Assembly (NCBI GenBank): GCA_038128225.1
Contig: JAYPJF010000002.1
Span: forward strand, 258,785-322,784
Length of the DNA stretch: 64,000 nucleotides
Reading direction: 5' to 3'
Origin: a bacterium
GTDB taxonomy: Bacteria; Patescibacteriota; Minisyncoccia; Phycocordibacterales; UBA2100
The notes below the pieces were generated by a model. The model was not told the origin of the DNA. It was given only the letters and a program-made list of their open reading frames with translations, and did not search any database. Positions 1 to 9,596 of the stretch are shown here, piece by piece. Position 1 is the stretch's first letter; each line of letters opens with the position of its first letter. Position numbers and translations under genes: made by a program.

Positions 1-119
1 AACACTCTTACTGGTTCAGGAAGTTTTACAGAACGTTCTGGTACAAGCGTGCCGTCAATATCAAGAATGACTGTTTTACCAAAAAAGGTCGCGGGTTCAA
101 GTTCAGTGAGCGCGCGCAT
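1..119 (-). CDS. HAD-superfamily phosphatase (YqeG-like), 5' part only; runs off window
   Basis: Manual translation MRALTELEPATFFGKTVILDIDGTLVPERS...; DxDGT HAD motif I; ATG 6 nt after the GT4 stop. Confidence 0.7.
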   Translation of the reverse strand, partial: MRALTELEPATFFGKTVILDIDGTLVPERSVKLPEPVRV

Positions 120-125
120 ACACCA

Positions 126-1130
126 CTATGCGCGCGCAGTGACCAAGTTTTCTATAAACTGATCCGTCGGCTGATCCCAGCCGCGCTCCAGCGCAACTTC
201 TCGTGCGCGCGTTCGCGATAGCTCCAATGCGCGCATACATGCCTCTCGCAAATCATCTGAAACAACCCCGTTTTCGCCATCGCGCACAACTACGTGCGAA
301 GCTTGGGAGGCAAGCGCAGCAATTGGCGTGCCGCATGCATTCGCCTCAAGCATAACCAAACCAAGGGTGTCGGTGAGTGACGGGAAAACGAAAACATCTG
401 CCGCGGCAAGATGCCGCGCAAGTTCTCTGCCGAATTTATACCCTGTAAAAACAGTTTTCGGATACGTGCGTTCAAGACGCTTTCTTTCTGGGCCATCACC
501 GACCACATACTTCGTCCCCGGCAAATCAAGTTTTAGAAATGCATCAATATTTTTCTCCGCCGCCAAACGCCCCATGTACATAAAAATGGGACGTTCTCCC
601 GGAAGCGGTAACGGATCTTCAGGGGTAAAAACGGTTGTGTCCACACCACGCCCCCATAACGAAAGGTTCTTAAAACCCCAAGCCTCAAGCTCGTTTTTGA
701 GTGTTTCGCTCGCAACCATGGTGCGTGCACTCCCATTGTGGAACCACCGCGGATACGGGTATATCCATGAGAGCGGAATTCGTGTACGCACGTTCACGTA
801 CTCGGGAAAACGCGTGTGGTATGCAGTGGTAAATCGCAAACGATGCTTCACACAGTAGTTGCGTGCCGCAAACCCAAGCGGACCCTCCACGGCAATGTGG
901 ATCGCATCGGGCGCAAATTCATCGAGCAACTTCTTTAATTTTCTATACGGAAATGGTGCGATACGAATTTCAGAATAGGTGAGTAAGGGTACGGTAATGC
1001 CGAAATCTCGTGGCGAAAATACACGAACTGTGTGCCCCCGCCGCTCAAGCTGTCTTTGCGTTTCCGCGACTGTGGTTGCTACGCCGTTTACCTGCGGATG
1101 AAATGCATCGGAGACGATTGCGATGCGCAT
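126..1130 (-). CDS. Glycosyltransferase family 4 (GT-B, alpha-mannosyltransferase-like)
   Basis: MRIAIVSDAFHPQVNGV start, GRLAAEKN, FPSLTDTLGLVMLEANACGTP (D/E-x7-E motif). Confidence 0.9.
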   Translation of the reverse strand: MRIAIVSDAFHPQVNGVATTVAETQRQLERRGHTVRVFSPRDFGITVPLLTYSEIRIAPFPYRKLKKLLDEFAPDAIHIAVEGPLGFAARNYCVKHRLRFTTAYHTRFPEYVNVRTRIPLSWIYPYPRWFHNGSARTMVASETLKNELEAWGFKNLSLWGRGVDTTVFTPEDPLPLPGERPIFMYMGRLAAEKNIDAFLKLDLPGTKYVVGDGPERKRLERTYPKTVFTGYKFGRELARHLAAADVFVFPSLTDTLGLVMLEANACGTPIAALASQASHVVVRDGENGVVSDDLREACMRALELSRTRAREVALERGWDQPTDQFIENLVTARA

Positions 1131-1198
1131 TCCTTTGTTTTCCATACTTAAAAAGAGTTCCTTAAATGTAGCAGGCAGCATCGAACCCGCCAACTGGT

Positions 1199-1813
1199 TT
1201 ACTCACGCCGATCGTGAGCAATCCCCACAAAATCAAGTATGTTTCGAAACGGCACCCCATACCCCCGATTTTGCCAAGGAAACGCTCGGTGAGGAATTGG
1301 CTTTCCCAAGAACACGCACAATTGTTCCCAATCACGTTTTTGCGTAAGATCGAGAACGAGCAGATCGCTCGGCCGGTTTGAAAAATGCGCCCGTACATCA
1401 CGTACATAGCGCTCATACTGTGCAACAAGCGCGTCACTATCTGAATATCCACTAGTCCCATAGATGTCACGAACTAGTTTGGAAACTTTTGGAAATATAC
1501 CGAGAACCCAGAGCGAGTACTGAAGTCGCTTCATTGATTTTTTCCATGACGTAGTGTCGCGCACTGTCAAAATAAATTTTGATCCGGGAAACGCCTGGTC
1601 TAGTTCTTTATAAAATCGGGCAACGGGGATGTCCGTAAGTGCATCGTATCTTTCAACGCATTTCGTATCGAGATGCAACTCATCACCCTTGATACGCACC
1701 AAACACAAAGGGTAGTGAATGCTTTTGTAGCCCAATATTCTCAACGCTGCCGTAAGTGACGTGGTCCCTGTGCGCGAAAGACCGATGCCAAAAACCTTTG
1801 GGTGCCCATGCAT
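1199..1813 (-). CDS. Sulfotransferase-family P-loop protein
   Basis: KVFGIGLSRTGTTSL 5'-PSB loop, FILTVRD 3'-PB motif, WEQLCVFLG..P..FP.N C-terminus. Confidence 0.8.
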   Translation of the reverse strand: MHGHPKVFGIGLSRTGTTSLTAALRILGYKSIHYPLCLVRIKGDELHLDTKCVERYDALTDIPVARFYKELDQAFPGSKFILTVRDTTSWKKSMKRLQYSLWVLGIFPKVSKLVRDIYGTSGYSDSDALVAQYERYVRDVRAHFSNRPSDLLVLDLTQKRDWEQLCVFLGKPIPHRAFPWQNRGYGVPFRNILDFVGIAHDRRE

Positions 1814-1975
1814 GCGAATATACTACCGTGCGCTTCTGTACGAATACAAACAGTGGATATCTTCTTGCGGCACCTTTTTATTTTTAGCAGTAAAATTCTT
1901 CACTGACCTACTGGCCTAGTAGCGCAGTAGGTTATTTTGCGAGCAGTTTCTTTTGCACAATGGTACCATTCTCTC

Positions 1976-2929
1976 ATGAGGCATTGGCGTGGTTACTTTT
2001 TAAAAGTACACCCTCTCGTATACCTGGCGTTGTGTATCCTCTTTCTGAGCGCCGCGGTTATATACGCGTACATACAACTATTCGCCTTGCGTAACCAAGT
2101 GCTCTCGCTCACATCCAATCTTGCCTCGACCACTGCGGCACTTGCAACCACTTCCGAAAAACTCGCTCTGGGTCTGTCGACTGTGGATCAGAAAGCAGCA
2201 GAGCTCTCCAGCACGCTCTCTGCGACACAGCAGAAAATTGTCGAGACACAAAGTGGCGTAGAAAGTGTGCGCACGCAAGTTGGTGGATTTGAACAACAAG
2301 TCGGTGCAATCACCACTACAGTGGGTACGCTGGAAAAGTTAAGCAAAACTGACCCAGAATTGCTACAAAAGTATTCCAAGATTTTTTTCCTCAATGAACA
2401 CTACGCGCCGGAGCGAGTAAGCGAAATCCCTAAAGAGTACCTATATGACGAGAACGGTTCGGAGGTCATACACGCGCAGGTGTGGCCCTATTTGAAAATG
2501 CTTCTTGACGCTGCAAAAAATGAAGGCGTAACGCTTTACATTAAATCCGCATACCGCTCATTTGATGAGCAGAAAGCTTTAAAAGGCGCATACACGGTTA
2601 CCTATGGTGCGGGCACTGCAAATCAATTTTCTGCGGACCAAGGGTACTCAGAACACCAACTTGGTACCACCGTTGATTTTATTACCACAGGACTTGGGGG
2701 CCAGCTCGCCGGTTTCGATACTACGCAGGCATACCAATGGCTTGTCGCACATGCACACAAGTTTGGCTTCACGCTCTCGTACCCCCACAACAACACCTAC
2801 TACATTTTTGAGCCGTGGCACTGGCGATACGTAGGCGTTGAGCTTGCTACATATTTGCAAAACACCAACAACCATTTCTATAATCTCGAGCAGCGCACCA
2901 TTGACGAATATCTTGTAACGTTGTTTTAA
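1976..2929 (+). CDS. Membrane-anchored M15B D-Ala-D-Ala carboxypeptidase (VanY-like) with coiled-coil stalk
   Basis: N-terminal TM, heptad-like segment, SAYRS, SEHQLGTTVD (SxHxxGxAxD), EPWHWRY. Confidence 0.88.
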   Translation: MRHWRGYFLKVHPLVYLALCILFLSAAVIYAYIQLFALRNQVLSLTSNLASTTAALATTSEKLALGLSTVDQKAAELSSTLSATQQKIVETQSGVESVRTQVGGFEQQVGAITTTVGTLEKLSKTDPELLQKYSKIFFLNEHYAPERVSEIPKEYLYDENGSEVIHAQVWPYLKMLLDAAKNEGVTLYIKSAYRSFDEQKALKGAYTVTYGAGTANQFSADQGYSEHQLGTTVDFITTGLGGQLAGFDTTQAYQWLVAHAHKFGFTLSYPHNNTYYIFEPWHWRYVGVELATYLQNTNNHFYNLEQRTIDEYLVTLF

Positions 2930-3060
2930 GCATACCCAAAAGCGTTTTCTATGCTCTGGTGCGCTGTCCCCGCCTTTTTTCATTGCACATCAGCGGTGAA
3001 CCGATAGTATGGTGGGCATACTAGTGACCGACCAGCGGTTGTTAATCAGTAAAGATAGTT

Positions 3061-4557
3061 ATGATGGGACGGAAAGTGGTGCGGATATTCAGTGCCTTAC
3101 TTGTGGGCGCGGTGCTGTTGGGTTCCAGTCCTCTTCCAGCATTCGCTGCAGGTCCAAACCTTGTTTCGAACCCTTCGCTTGAAACTGGAGCTGGGACGCC
3201 TGACATGTGGACTGCCACATATTGGGGCAACGTAACACCTACATTTCAATACCCGGTACCAGGACACACTGGCAACGGTGCCGGTATAACACTGAACGCA
3301 AACACTTCAGGTGACGCCCGTTGGGCACACGACCCGATTCCTGTTGAGGCGGGCGTAACGTACGAGTACAGCAACTGGTATGCATCAAATGTTGCGACTG
3401 AGATCAACGTCCTCTACATGTACACTGATGGCCACGTATCTTACGGTTGGGTTGCATCCCCTGCGTCTTCTGCAAACGCATGGAAACAGTTTTCTACTAC
3501 ACTCAAAATCCCTACGGGGGTAAGCTCTGTAGTACTATTCCACTTGATCGACAGAAAAGGAACTCTTGCTGTTGATGATTTCATTCTCGCAAAACAAAGT
3601 GGTGGCTCAGTGCCGAACAAGCCAACTGTTACGCTTTCTGCAAATCCGACAGCGGTTTCTGCAGGATCATCCTCGACACTCTCGTGGAATAGCCAGTACG
3701 CTGACACCTGTGTGGCATCTGGCGGCTGGACAGGAAACAAGTCGGTGACAGGGAACGAAATTGTCACACCGACGGTAAACACCAGCTACACTCTCGCCTG
3801 TACCGGAGCAGGTGGAACCACAAGCGTTTCAACCTCAGTTACTGTAAATACTGTACAGCCACCGCCGCCAACACCCGGACAATTTTCAGAAGGCATGGTA
3901 ACGCTTTCCTTCGATGACGCCTGGACTTCGCAGTACACTAATGCACTTCCAATACTCAATCAGGCGGGAATCAAAGGTACGTTCTACATTCTTTCAGAAC
4001 CGGTACAAGGAGGGTGGAGTTCGTATATGACACCGCAGCAAGTTAAAACGATCGCGCAGCAAGGGCATGAGATTGGAGGCCATACCGTGACGCATGCTGA
4101 TCTCAGTACACTAAGCAGTTCTCGCATCGATCGGGAAATTAAAAACTCAAAGACCTATTTGCAGAACCTGCTTGGCACCGCCGTTACGACACTCGCCTAC
4201 CCTTATGGCAGTTACAATACGACGGTGATCAATCGCACAAAACTTGCGGGCTATGGAAATGCGCGCACCGCTGACCCGACAATCGCGTATGGATTCAATG
4301 CTGCAACTCAGCCAAAGTATGAAATCAACAGCTTCTCACCGAATAAAAATGTTTCAGTTGCATCGATCAAGTCCGCCATCGACCAAGCAAAAGCAAACAA
4401 GCAGTGGTTTGTGTTCTCAGTCCACGAAGTCTTGCCATCAGGTGGGGATGAATATTCTATGACCACCGCCCAATTCAAAGAAGTGGTTGAGTACATCAAG
4501 GCAACCGGGATCAAAACCGTGACTATCGCGCAAGGCGCTGCGTTATTGCCAAACTAA
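3061..4557 (+). CDS. Secreted polysaccharide deacetylase (CE4/NodB) with N-terminal CBM-like and Ig-like domains
   Basis: Signal peptide; NLVSNPSLE CBM-like start; TLSFDD, HEIGGHTVTH and AYPYG NodB motifs. Confidence 0.85.
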   Translation: MMGRKVVRIFSALLVGAVLLGSSPLPAFAAGPNLVSNPSLETGAGTPDMWTATYWGNVTPTFQYPVPGHTGNGAGITLNANTSGDARWAHDPIPVEAGVTYEYSNWYASNVATEINVLYMYTDGHVSYGWVASPASSANAWKQFSTTLKIPTGVSSVVLFHLIDRKGTLAVDDFILAKQSGGSVPNKPTVTLSANPTAVSAGSSSTLSWNSQYADTCVASGGWTGNKSVTGNEIVTPTVNTSYTLACTGAGGTTSVSTSVTVNTVQPPPPTPGQFSEGMVTLSFDDAWTSQYTNALPILNQAGIKGTFYILSEPVQGGWSSYMTPQQVKTIAQQGHEIGGHTVTHADLSTLSSSRIDREIKNSKTYLQNLLGTAVTTLAYPYGSYNTTVINRTKLAGYGNARTADPTIAYGFNAATQPKYEINSFSPNKNVSVASIKSAIDQAKANKQWFVFSVHEVLPSGGDEYSMTTAQFKEVVEYIKATGIKTVTIAQGAALLPN

Positions 4558-4572
4558 TAATGAGCGTACAAC

Positions 4573-4605
4573 AAAAAGGCGCCCACGCGGGCGCTTCTTT
4601 GTTTT
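4573..4605. terminator. Bidirectional intrinsic terminator
   Basis: AAAAAG-GCGCCC-ACGC-GGGCGC-TTCTTTGTTTT between convergent genes. Confidence 0.7.
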
Positions 4606-4611
4606 ACGCGG

Positions 4612-4767
4612 CTATTTTTTCTTACCGAGAATTTTAAACATTTTAGTACCGCACTTGGTGCATTCGCCTTTCATCGCGCGCATACCATTCTTCATCGTTA
4701 CCTCTTTTGCACTTCCCATTTCCCGATTTGCCTTACACTTCATGCACCTGCCTGTTATTGCCGCCAT
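4612..4767 (-). CDS. Small basic zinc-ribbon protein (DUF5679-like), 51 aa; not in ORF track
   Basis: Manual translation MAAITGRCMKCKANREMGSAKEVTMKNGMRAMKGECTKCGTKMFKILGKKK; CxxC...CxxCG. Confidence 0.8.
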   Translation of the reverse strand: MAAITGRCMKCKANREMGSAKEVTMKNGMRAMKGECTKCGTKMFKILGKKK

Positions 4768-4921
4768 ACGTTCATTTAGCTGACTAATAGCTCTAGTATG
4801 TATTTCACTGATATGAGGGCAATGGCCTTGTGTGTATAATTCAACTATTGACTAAATATAGATGTAGTGTTTTCATTCTGCCGGTGCGCCGTAGGCGTGC
4901 TTAGCGATTGGAGAAATCAAC

Positions 4922-5602
4922 ATGATTCTCGATCTCTTCGAGAAATTAGGATTCACCGAATGGTATCACTATGCAATCGGCACCGCATTAGTGATATTCG
5001 GCTATTTTGCTGGTTCTATTTGGACCAGGTGGCGCGAACGACATCGGCACAAGACACAAGAGTTCCCCGACGCGTGGATCGTGCAACGAAACGTCATCGG
5101 AAAAACTGTTGCGGGGCGGCCAATCCTCCAGCTTCGCACGTTTGGTGGTGGGCGCGTCGCTGATCTTACCATTGACCCCGAACTTGCTCGAAAAATCGAA
5201 GCTGCCGCAAATGCCACGACCGCCAACTTCCCCGGCATTTGCATGCCTACGATCGAGCTGCAAGAACAGATGTGGACAGATGTCATCAATACAGTTTCGC
5301 CGCTCATTCCGAAAGGACAAGAACGGCAGCTTGTGACAATAACTCGAGAAGTCCACAGCGAGATGACTGATCGTCGCCAAAGAAACATCATCAGAATCCT
5401 GGTGATCACACCGGAGGAGCTGCGTCTCTTCCGAGACCCACTCTCATCCGAGATCGAGCTTGAGCGGCCGGTGCATGATCTACGCCGAGATCGGCTTCTG
5501 CCATGGATGGCGAAGCTGTGGTTCGATCAGCCAGATGACAGAGGTTATGATCTGAAGACCGGCCTTGAGATGATTCGTTTCATTGACCCGGTCTGGAAGT
5601 AA
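4922..5602 (+). CDS. Hypothetical protein with one N-terminal TM helix
   Basis: 226-aa ORF, GGAGA RBS, hydrophobic segment at residues ~16-33, own terminator. Confidence 0.65.
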   Translation: MILDLFEKLGFTEWYHYAIGTALVIFGYFAGSIWTRWRERHRHKTQEFPDAWIVQRNVIGKTVAGRPILQLRTFGGGRVADLTIDPELARKIEAAANATTANFPGICMPTIELQEQMWTDVINTVSPLIPKGQERQLVTITREVHSEMTDRRQRNIIRILVITPEELRLFRDPLSSEIELERPVHDLRRDRLLPWMAKLWFDQPDDRGYDLKTGLEMIRFIDPVWK

Positions 5603-5617
5603 GAGTTCATTGAAACC

Positions 5618-5645
5618 ATCCCGCCGCGAGCAATCGCGGCGGGAT
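5618..5645. terminator. GC-rich hairpin terminator
   Basis: ATCCCGCCGCGA-GCAA-TCGCGGCGGGAT, perfect 12-bp stem with GNRA loop between convergent genes. Confidence 0.75.
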
Positions 5646-5649
5646 TCTT

Positions 5650-6090
5650 CTACACAGTCGCCCACCCTTTTGCTGTTGCGTATGCTTTCAACAAATCAGA
5701 CGAGCTACTCACTTTTCCGCCATACCCGACGTTAAATACCGTCGTGATACCAAGCTCTTCGCACACCGCAGCTTCAGGAATATTGTGCAACCATCGATCA
5801 CCGCCATTTGCAAAAATATCAGGCTTATATTTTCTGAGTGTTTCGCACACAGTTTGGTCAGTATCAATTACCGGTATCGCATCAGTGACGCATGAAAATG
5901 CCTTGATGATCTCAATACGCTGCTCAAGCGGCATAAACACTGCACCTTTTTTGGTCATTAAGAAGCGATCCGAATTCACAAACACGATCAGTGTATCGCC
6001 TAATGCCCGTGCCTCTTGAAACATACACACGTGACCCACATGCAGAGGATCAAATCCGCCTGAAACTGCGACAACTTTCTTCTTGCTCAT
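5650..6090 (-). CDS. Cytidylyltransferase-like nucleotidyltransferase (HxGH family)
   Basis: SGGFDPLHVGH, PDIFANGGDR, K-x-SSS; start overlaps the upstream stop (ATGA). Confidence 0.85.
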   Translation of the reverse strand: MSKKKVVAVSGGFDPLHVGHVCMFQEARALGDTLIVFVNSDRFLMTKKGAVFMPLEQRIEIIKAFSCVTDAIPVIDTDQTVCETLRKYKPDIFANGGDRWLHNIPEAAVCEELGITTVFNVGYGGKVSSSSDLLKAYATAKGWATV

Positions 6091-8018
6091 ATTTCTTCCA
6101 AACATTCAGGAGTAAGCACGCGCAACAGCCTCGATAACGAAAGCGTTGCGACGCACACCACCTTGTCGGCTCCTCCGTAATACACGTACATCACATCTCC
6201 GCGCACCGCCTGACCACACGAAAACACTACATTTGGTATCTCTCCTTCCTTTTCAAAATGGTGTTGCGGCGACAAGAATGGTTCGCTGAGACGCCCAAGC
6301 ACATGCGTAGGGTCTTTTGAATCCAAAAGCGCAGCACCAAGTTGGTACACACCATGTTTCGATACCGCATGATAGATCATGAGTAGCCCTTTCTCCGTTT
6401 TTATGATTGGCCCGGCAATCCCGACTTTCTTTTGCTCCCACGTTCCTTCGCGCGGCATGAGGATTTCAAAACACCGATTAATTTCACTATCACTAAAATT
6501 AAGGTCGTCAAACATATCTTGGCAAATATTGGGATCGATGCGATGAACAACTACATATTTTCCATCAATTCTTTCCGGCAAAATACAGGCGTCCTTGTCA
6601 CTTACATGTGCGGGCGAGATCCGCACCGGCATTGTCCACTGATCCCACTTGTGCGCCAAAAAATCAGTCTCAGCAATTGATGTGATCGCAACCCGCGGAG
6701 CCTCGACACCATCATATGCGGTATAGAGCATGTAGAGACGCTCCTCGACTTTCATGATGCGCGGATCTTCGCACCCAGAGTTCCCTGTCGGCGAGCCTCG
6801 TTTTTTTTCAAAATCGGCTCGGGGCACATATATAGGCTCAGGATGGAGTGTGCTGATCGTAGTCCCGTCAATGCTTTCCGCAAGGCCTATCACTGACGTG
6901 TTATCCTGCGACATTGCACGATACAAAATGTAAATCGTTCCATTCAATTCTATCGCGCCCGGATTTAAAACGGCGCGCGCTTGCCAGGCACTGTTGGGAT
7001 TCGGTTGTAGTATGGGGTTATGCGGGGATTTTTGTGCGAATCGAGCACGACGATCGGGTACAAGTGCGTCGAGTAAATCAGGTAGATAGACTGACGCTTT
7101 TGCGCAAAACGTGTCTGCAGCACCATAGTAAATATCGAGCCGCTCACCCACCACAAGCGCACCTGATGGAAACGTGACACGCCCAACAAGTCCATACACT
7201 TCGTACGGTGTCTCTGGTACAAGAAGCGGGCTGTGCGTGCGCCCGATAAACACCCGTGGGTCATTATGTGCCACGAGTGCCGCTTCGATTCCAAACACGC
7301 GCTGCGCGCCGGCAAAGTAGTCTTGAATGTACGAATAAATAAGTAGCCATCCGTCATCTGTTTTTATGGGCACTGCGCCCACTTCGACAAAATCGTTGCT
7401 CGTCCGTTGAAACTGCACGGTGTTACTCTCGATGTTTTCGTGCCACGCTTTCCAGTATTCCTCGCTCCAAAACTCTTCCATACGATCGGCCTGGGCAATG
7501 GCAAGTTTCTGCGGCGGTTCGTCGGAATGCGCAGTCAGTATTGCAGTAATTTTTCCGTTAATTCGCTCAGGAAAAAGCGCGAATGCTTTTGCATTAAACC
7601 GAGTCACGAGCTTCTTCTCTGCGATCGTTTCTAGGTCATCAGAAATCGCGCACCCGATGCGGATGCCTGAGGGGCCAAAAGGCACTTCTGCAAGTGCCGT
7701 GTAAAACGTATAGTAGCGCCCTTCGAAAAACGTAGTGCGCGGATCTTCACATCCGTATTTGTCCCATGCTTCACTTGGCGCAATAAACTGTGTGCGCTCC
7801 TTGAACACATTCCCGTCATCAGACACTGCATGTCCGATGGAAGAAAGATATACTCCGGGCGCTAACAATGGATCAGGTTTGCCTAGCGCCCGATACAGCA
7901 AGTGCGTTTTGCCATCTTTTTTTACTGGGCACCCATTAAAAGTCCCCGCTCCCTCCCATGGGCGATCAGATGATGGTTCAAGTATCGGATTATGCTGCGA
8001 CCGCTTGACGATATACAT
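6087..8018 (-). CDS. Tandem two-domain GH130 beta-mannoside phosphorylase/glycosidase
   Basis: Two repeats of HNPIL.P / GCEDPR / IYYGAAD or VYYGGAD five-bladed propeller motifs. Confidence 0.85.
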   Translation of the reverse strand: MYIVKRSQHNPILEPSSDRPWEGAGTFNGCPVKKDGKTHLLYRALGKPDPLLAPGVYLSSIGHAVSDDGNVFKERTQFIAPSEAWDKYGCEDPRTTFFEGRYYTFYTALAEVPFGPSGIRIGCAISDDLETIAEKKLVTRFNAKAFALFPERINGKITAILTAHSDEPPQKLAIAQADRMEEFWSEEYWKAWHENIESNTVQFQRTSNDFVEVGAVPIKTDDGWLLIYSYIQDYFAGAQRVFGIEAALVAHNDPRVFIGRTHSPLLVPETPYEVYGLVGRVTFPSGALVVGERLDIYYGAADTFCAKASVYLPDLLDALVPDRRARFAQKSPHNPILQPNPNSAWQARAVLNPGAIELNGTIYILYRAMSQDNTSVIGLAESIDGTTISTLHPEPIYVPRADFEKKRGSPTGNSGCEDPRIMKVEERLYMLYTAYDGVEAPRVAITSIAETDFLAHKWDQWTMPVRISPAHVSDKDACILPERIDGKYVVVHRIDPNICQDMFDDLNFSDSEINRCFEILMPREGTWEQKKVGIAGPIIKTEKGLLMIYHAVSKHGVYQLGAALLDSKDPTHVLGRLSEPFLSPQHHFEKEGEIPNVVFSCGQAVRGDVMYVYYGGADKVVCVATLSLSRLLRVLTPECLEEI

Positions 8019-8060
8019 ACCCTGTATGGTATCAGAGTTTTCGCCTTCTCAGCATGCACA

Positions 8061-9206
8061 TCAAACAGGCGAAGAGGCGTGCGCGAGTGTGGGAGTGTGA
8101 TTACTCAGAATACTTTTTAAGATCTCCGCAATCGGTGCGTGCGCGACGTTTACCGTATGATCGCCACCGCCATAGTACACAAGAAGCTCGTCGTCTTTGA
8201 TAACGGCACCACAGGTATATACAACACCTTGTTTCCAATAATTTTCATACGGAGTTTCGGGAGAGAGAATAGGCCCTGGTGAACGCGCGAGCACATGCCT
8301 CGGATCGCCTACATCTAAAAGCAACGCTCCGATTTTGTATTTACCCGGATCTCGCGCTTCAGTCGCATGGTACAAGACCAACCATCCTGCCTCCGTTTTT
8401 ATTGGCGGTGGCCCCACGCCACGCACCCATGTATCCCACGTGGCACGGGGAGTCTTTGATCCAAACGTGCTGCGAATGCGCACTTTACCGCGTGCGAGAT
8501 CCTCAAGGTGATCAACATAATCAATTTGTACTTCAGGATTGATGCTATGCAACAGCGCGTATTTACCTTTAATTTTCTCAGGAAACAGCACCCAGTTTTT
8601 GTGTATCTCTTTTTCTGGTGAAAGTAATATTGGTTGTGTCCAGGCCCACCACTTGCGTATAAAATCCTGAACACCCACGCGAACCTCACCAATACGCACA
8701 AAATCCCACCCATCAAATGCGTTGAAAGTAAGATGCACTGTTTCTCCGATAACGACCATACGCGGATCCTCGCATCCTCCCCAACTACCACCGGAAGGAT
8801 ACAGGACCGGATCGAATCGCTTCACACACGGATAACACTGTCGAGGGTTACGCAATTCGAATACCGGATACAATAGACGTTCATCAAAATTAAATCCATC
8901 AGCACTCGACGCGTACCCAATCCGCGAGACTCCATCAGCACCGATCGCACGATAGAGGAGATGCACGCGCCCGTTGATATATGCGGCCGCAGGGTTAAAC
9001 ACGGAATGAGCTTCCCACCCATTCTGTGCCGTTGGTTTTAAAAGCGGATTATGTGCATACCGATTAACGGTAAACCATGACTGAACGGCGGTTATCGCTC
9101 GCTGTACCCATGCAGCAAACACCGCATTGAACCACCAGAGTCCCAGTAATGCTGCGAGAAGCAAGAACACCACCGCGATGTTACTAAACGATGCTGTTTC
9201 AAACAT
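8061..9206 (-). CDS. GH130 family protein with N-terminal TM anchor
   Basis: HNPLL, VFNPAA, GCEDPR, KNWVLFPEKI, VYYGGGD; hydrophobic N-terminus. Confidence 0.85.
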   Translation of the reverse strand: MFETASFSNIAVVFLLLAALLGLWWFNAVFAAWVQRAITAVQSWFTVNRYAHNPLLKPTAQNGWEAHSVFNPAAAYINGRVHLLYRAIGADGVSRIGYASSADGFNFDERLLYPVFELRNPRQCYPCVKRFDPVLYPSGGSWGGCEDPRMVVIGETVHLTFNAFDGWDFVRIGEVRVGVQDFIRKWWAWTQPILLSPEKEIHKNWVLFPEKIKGKYALLHSINPEVQIDYVDHLEDLARGKVRIRSTFGSKTPRATWDTWVRGVGPPPIKTEAGWLVLYHATEARDPGKYKIGALLLDVGDPRHVLARSPGPILSPETPYENYWKQGVVYTCGAVIKDDELLVYYGGGDHTVNVAHAPIAEILKSILSNHTPTLAHASSPV

Positions 9207-9210
9207 ACAT

Positions 9211-9561
9211 TTATACTCGACCGTATTTGTCGTTTATGCGGTCGATATCATTTTCATCAAACGTCCCAAATGCGATCTCTAAAACACGATTGTCGTCACC
9301 CACGCCACGGAGTCGGTGTGGCGTGCCTGCCGAAACCCAAAATTCATCTCCAGGATGAGCGCGATGCGTCTCTTCTCCGATCACTATTTCAAGATCTCCT
9401 GTTAATACACGCCAAAATTCATCACGATTTTTGTGAGACTGAAGACTATTCTCTTCGTCGCGCGTCACCGAAAGAATTTTAACCGTTGTCGGCTCATTCA
9501 ATGTAAAACGGCGAAAACTCCCCCACGGCCGAGATTCTTCATATGGGCGAAGCGCTTCCAT
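9211..9561 (-). CDS. Mannose-6-phosphate isomerase type II C-terminal cupin
   Basis: RPWGSF, SLQSHKNRDEFW, HRL, LEIAFG.FDENDI.R..D.YGR. Confidence 0.85.
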   Translation of the reverse strand: MEALRPYEESRPWGSFRRFTLNEPTTVKILSVTRDEENSLQSHKNRDEFWRVLTGDLEIVIGEETHRAHPGDEFWVSAGTPHRLRGVGDDNRVLEIAFGTFDENDIDRINDKYGRV

Positions 9562-9596
9562 ATAGTTAGTGTATCAGCAGCACACTGATGCGAGCC

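Noticed and set aside
1976-2929. Vancomycin resistance locus
   Set aside because: Only an M15B peptidase is present; no vanHAX or vanRS context.
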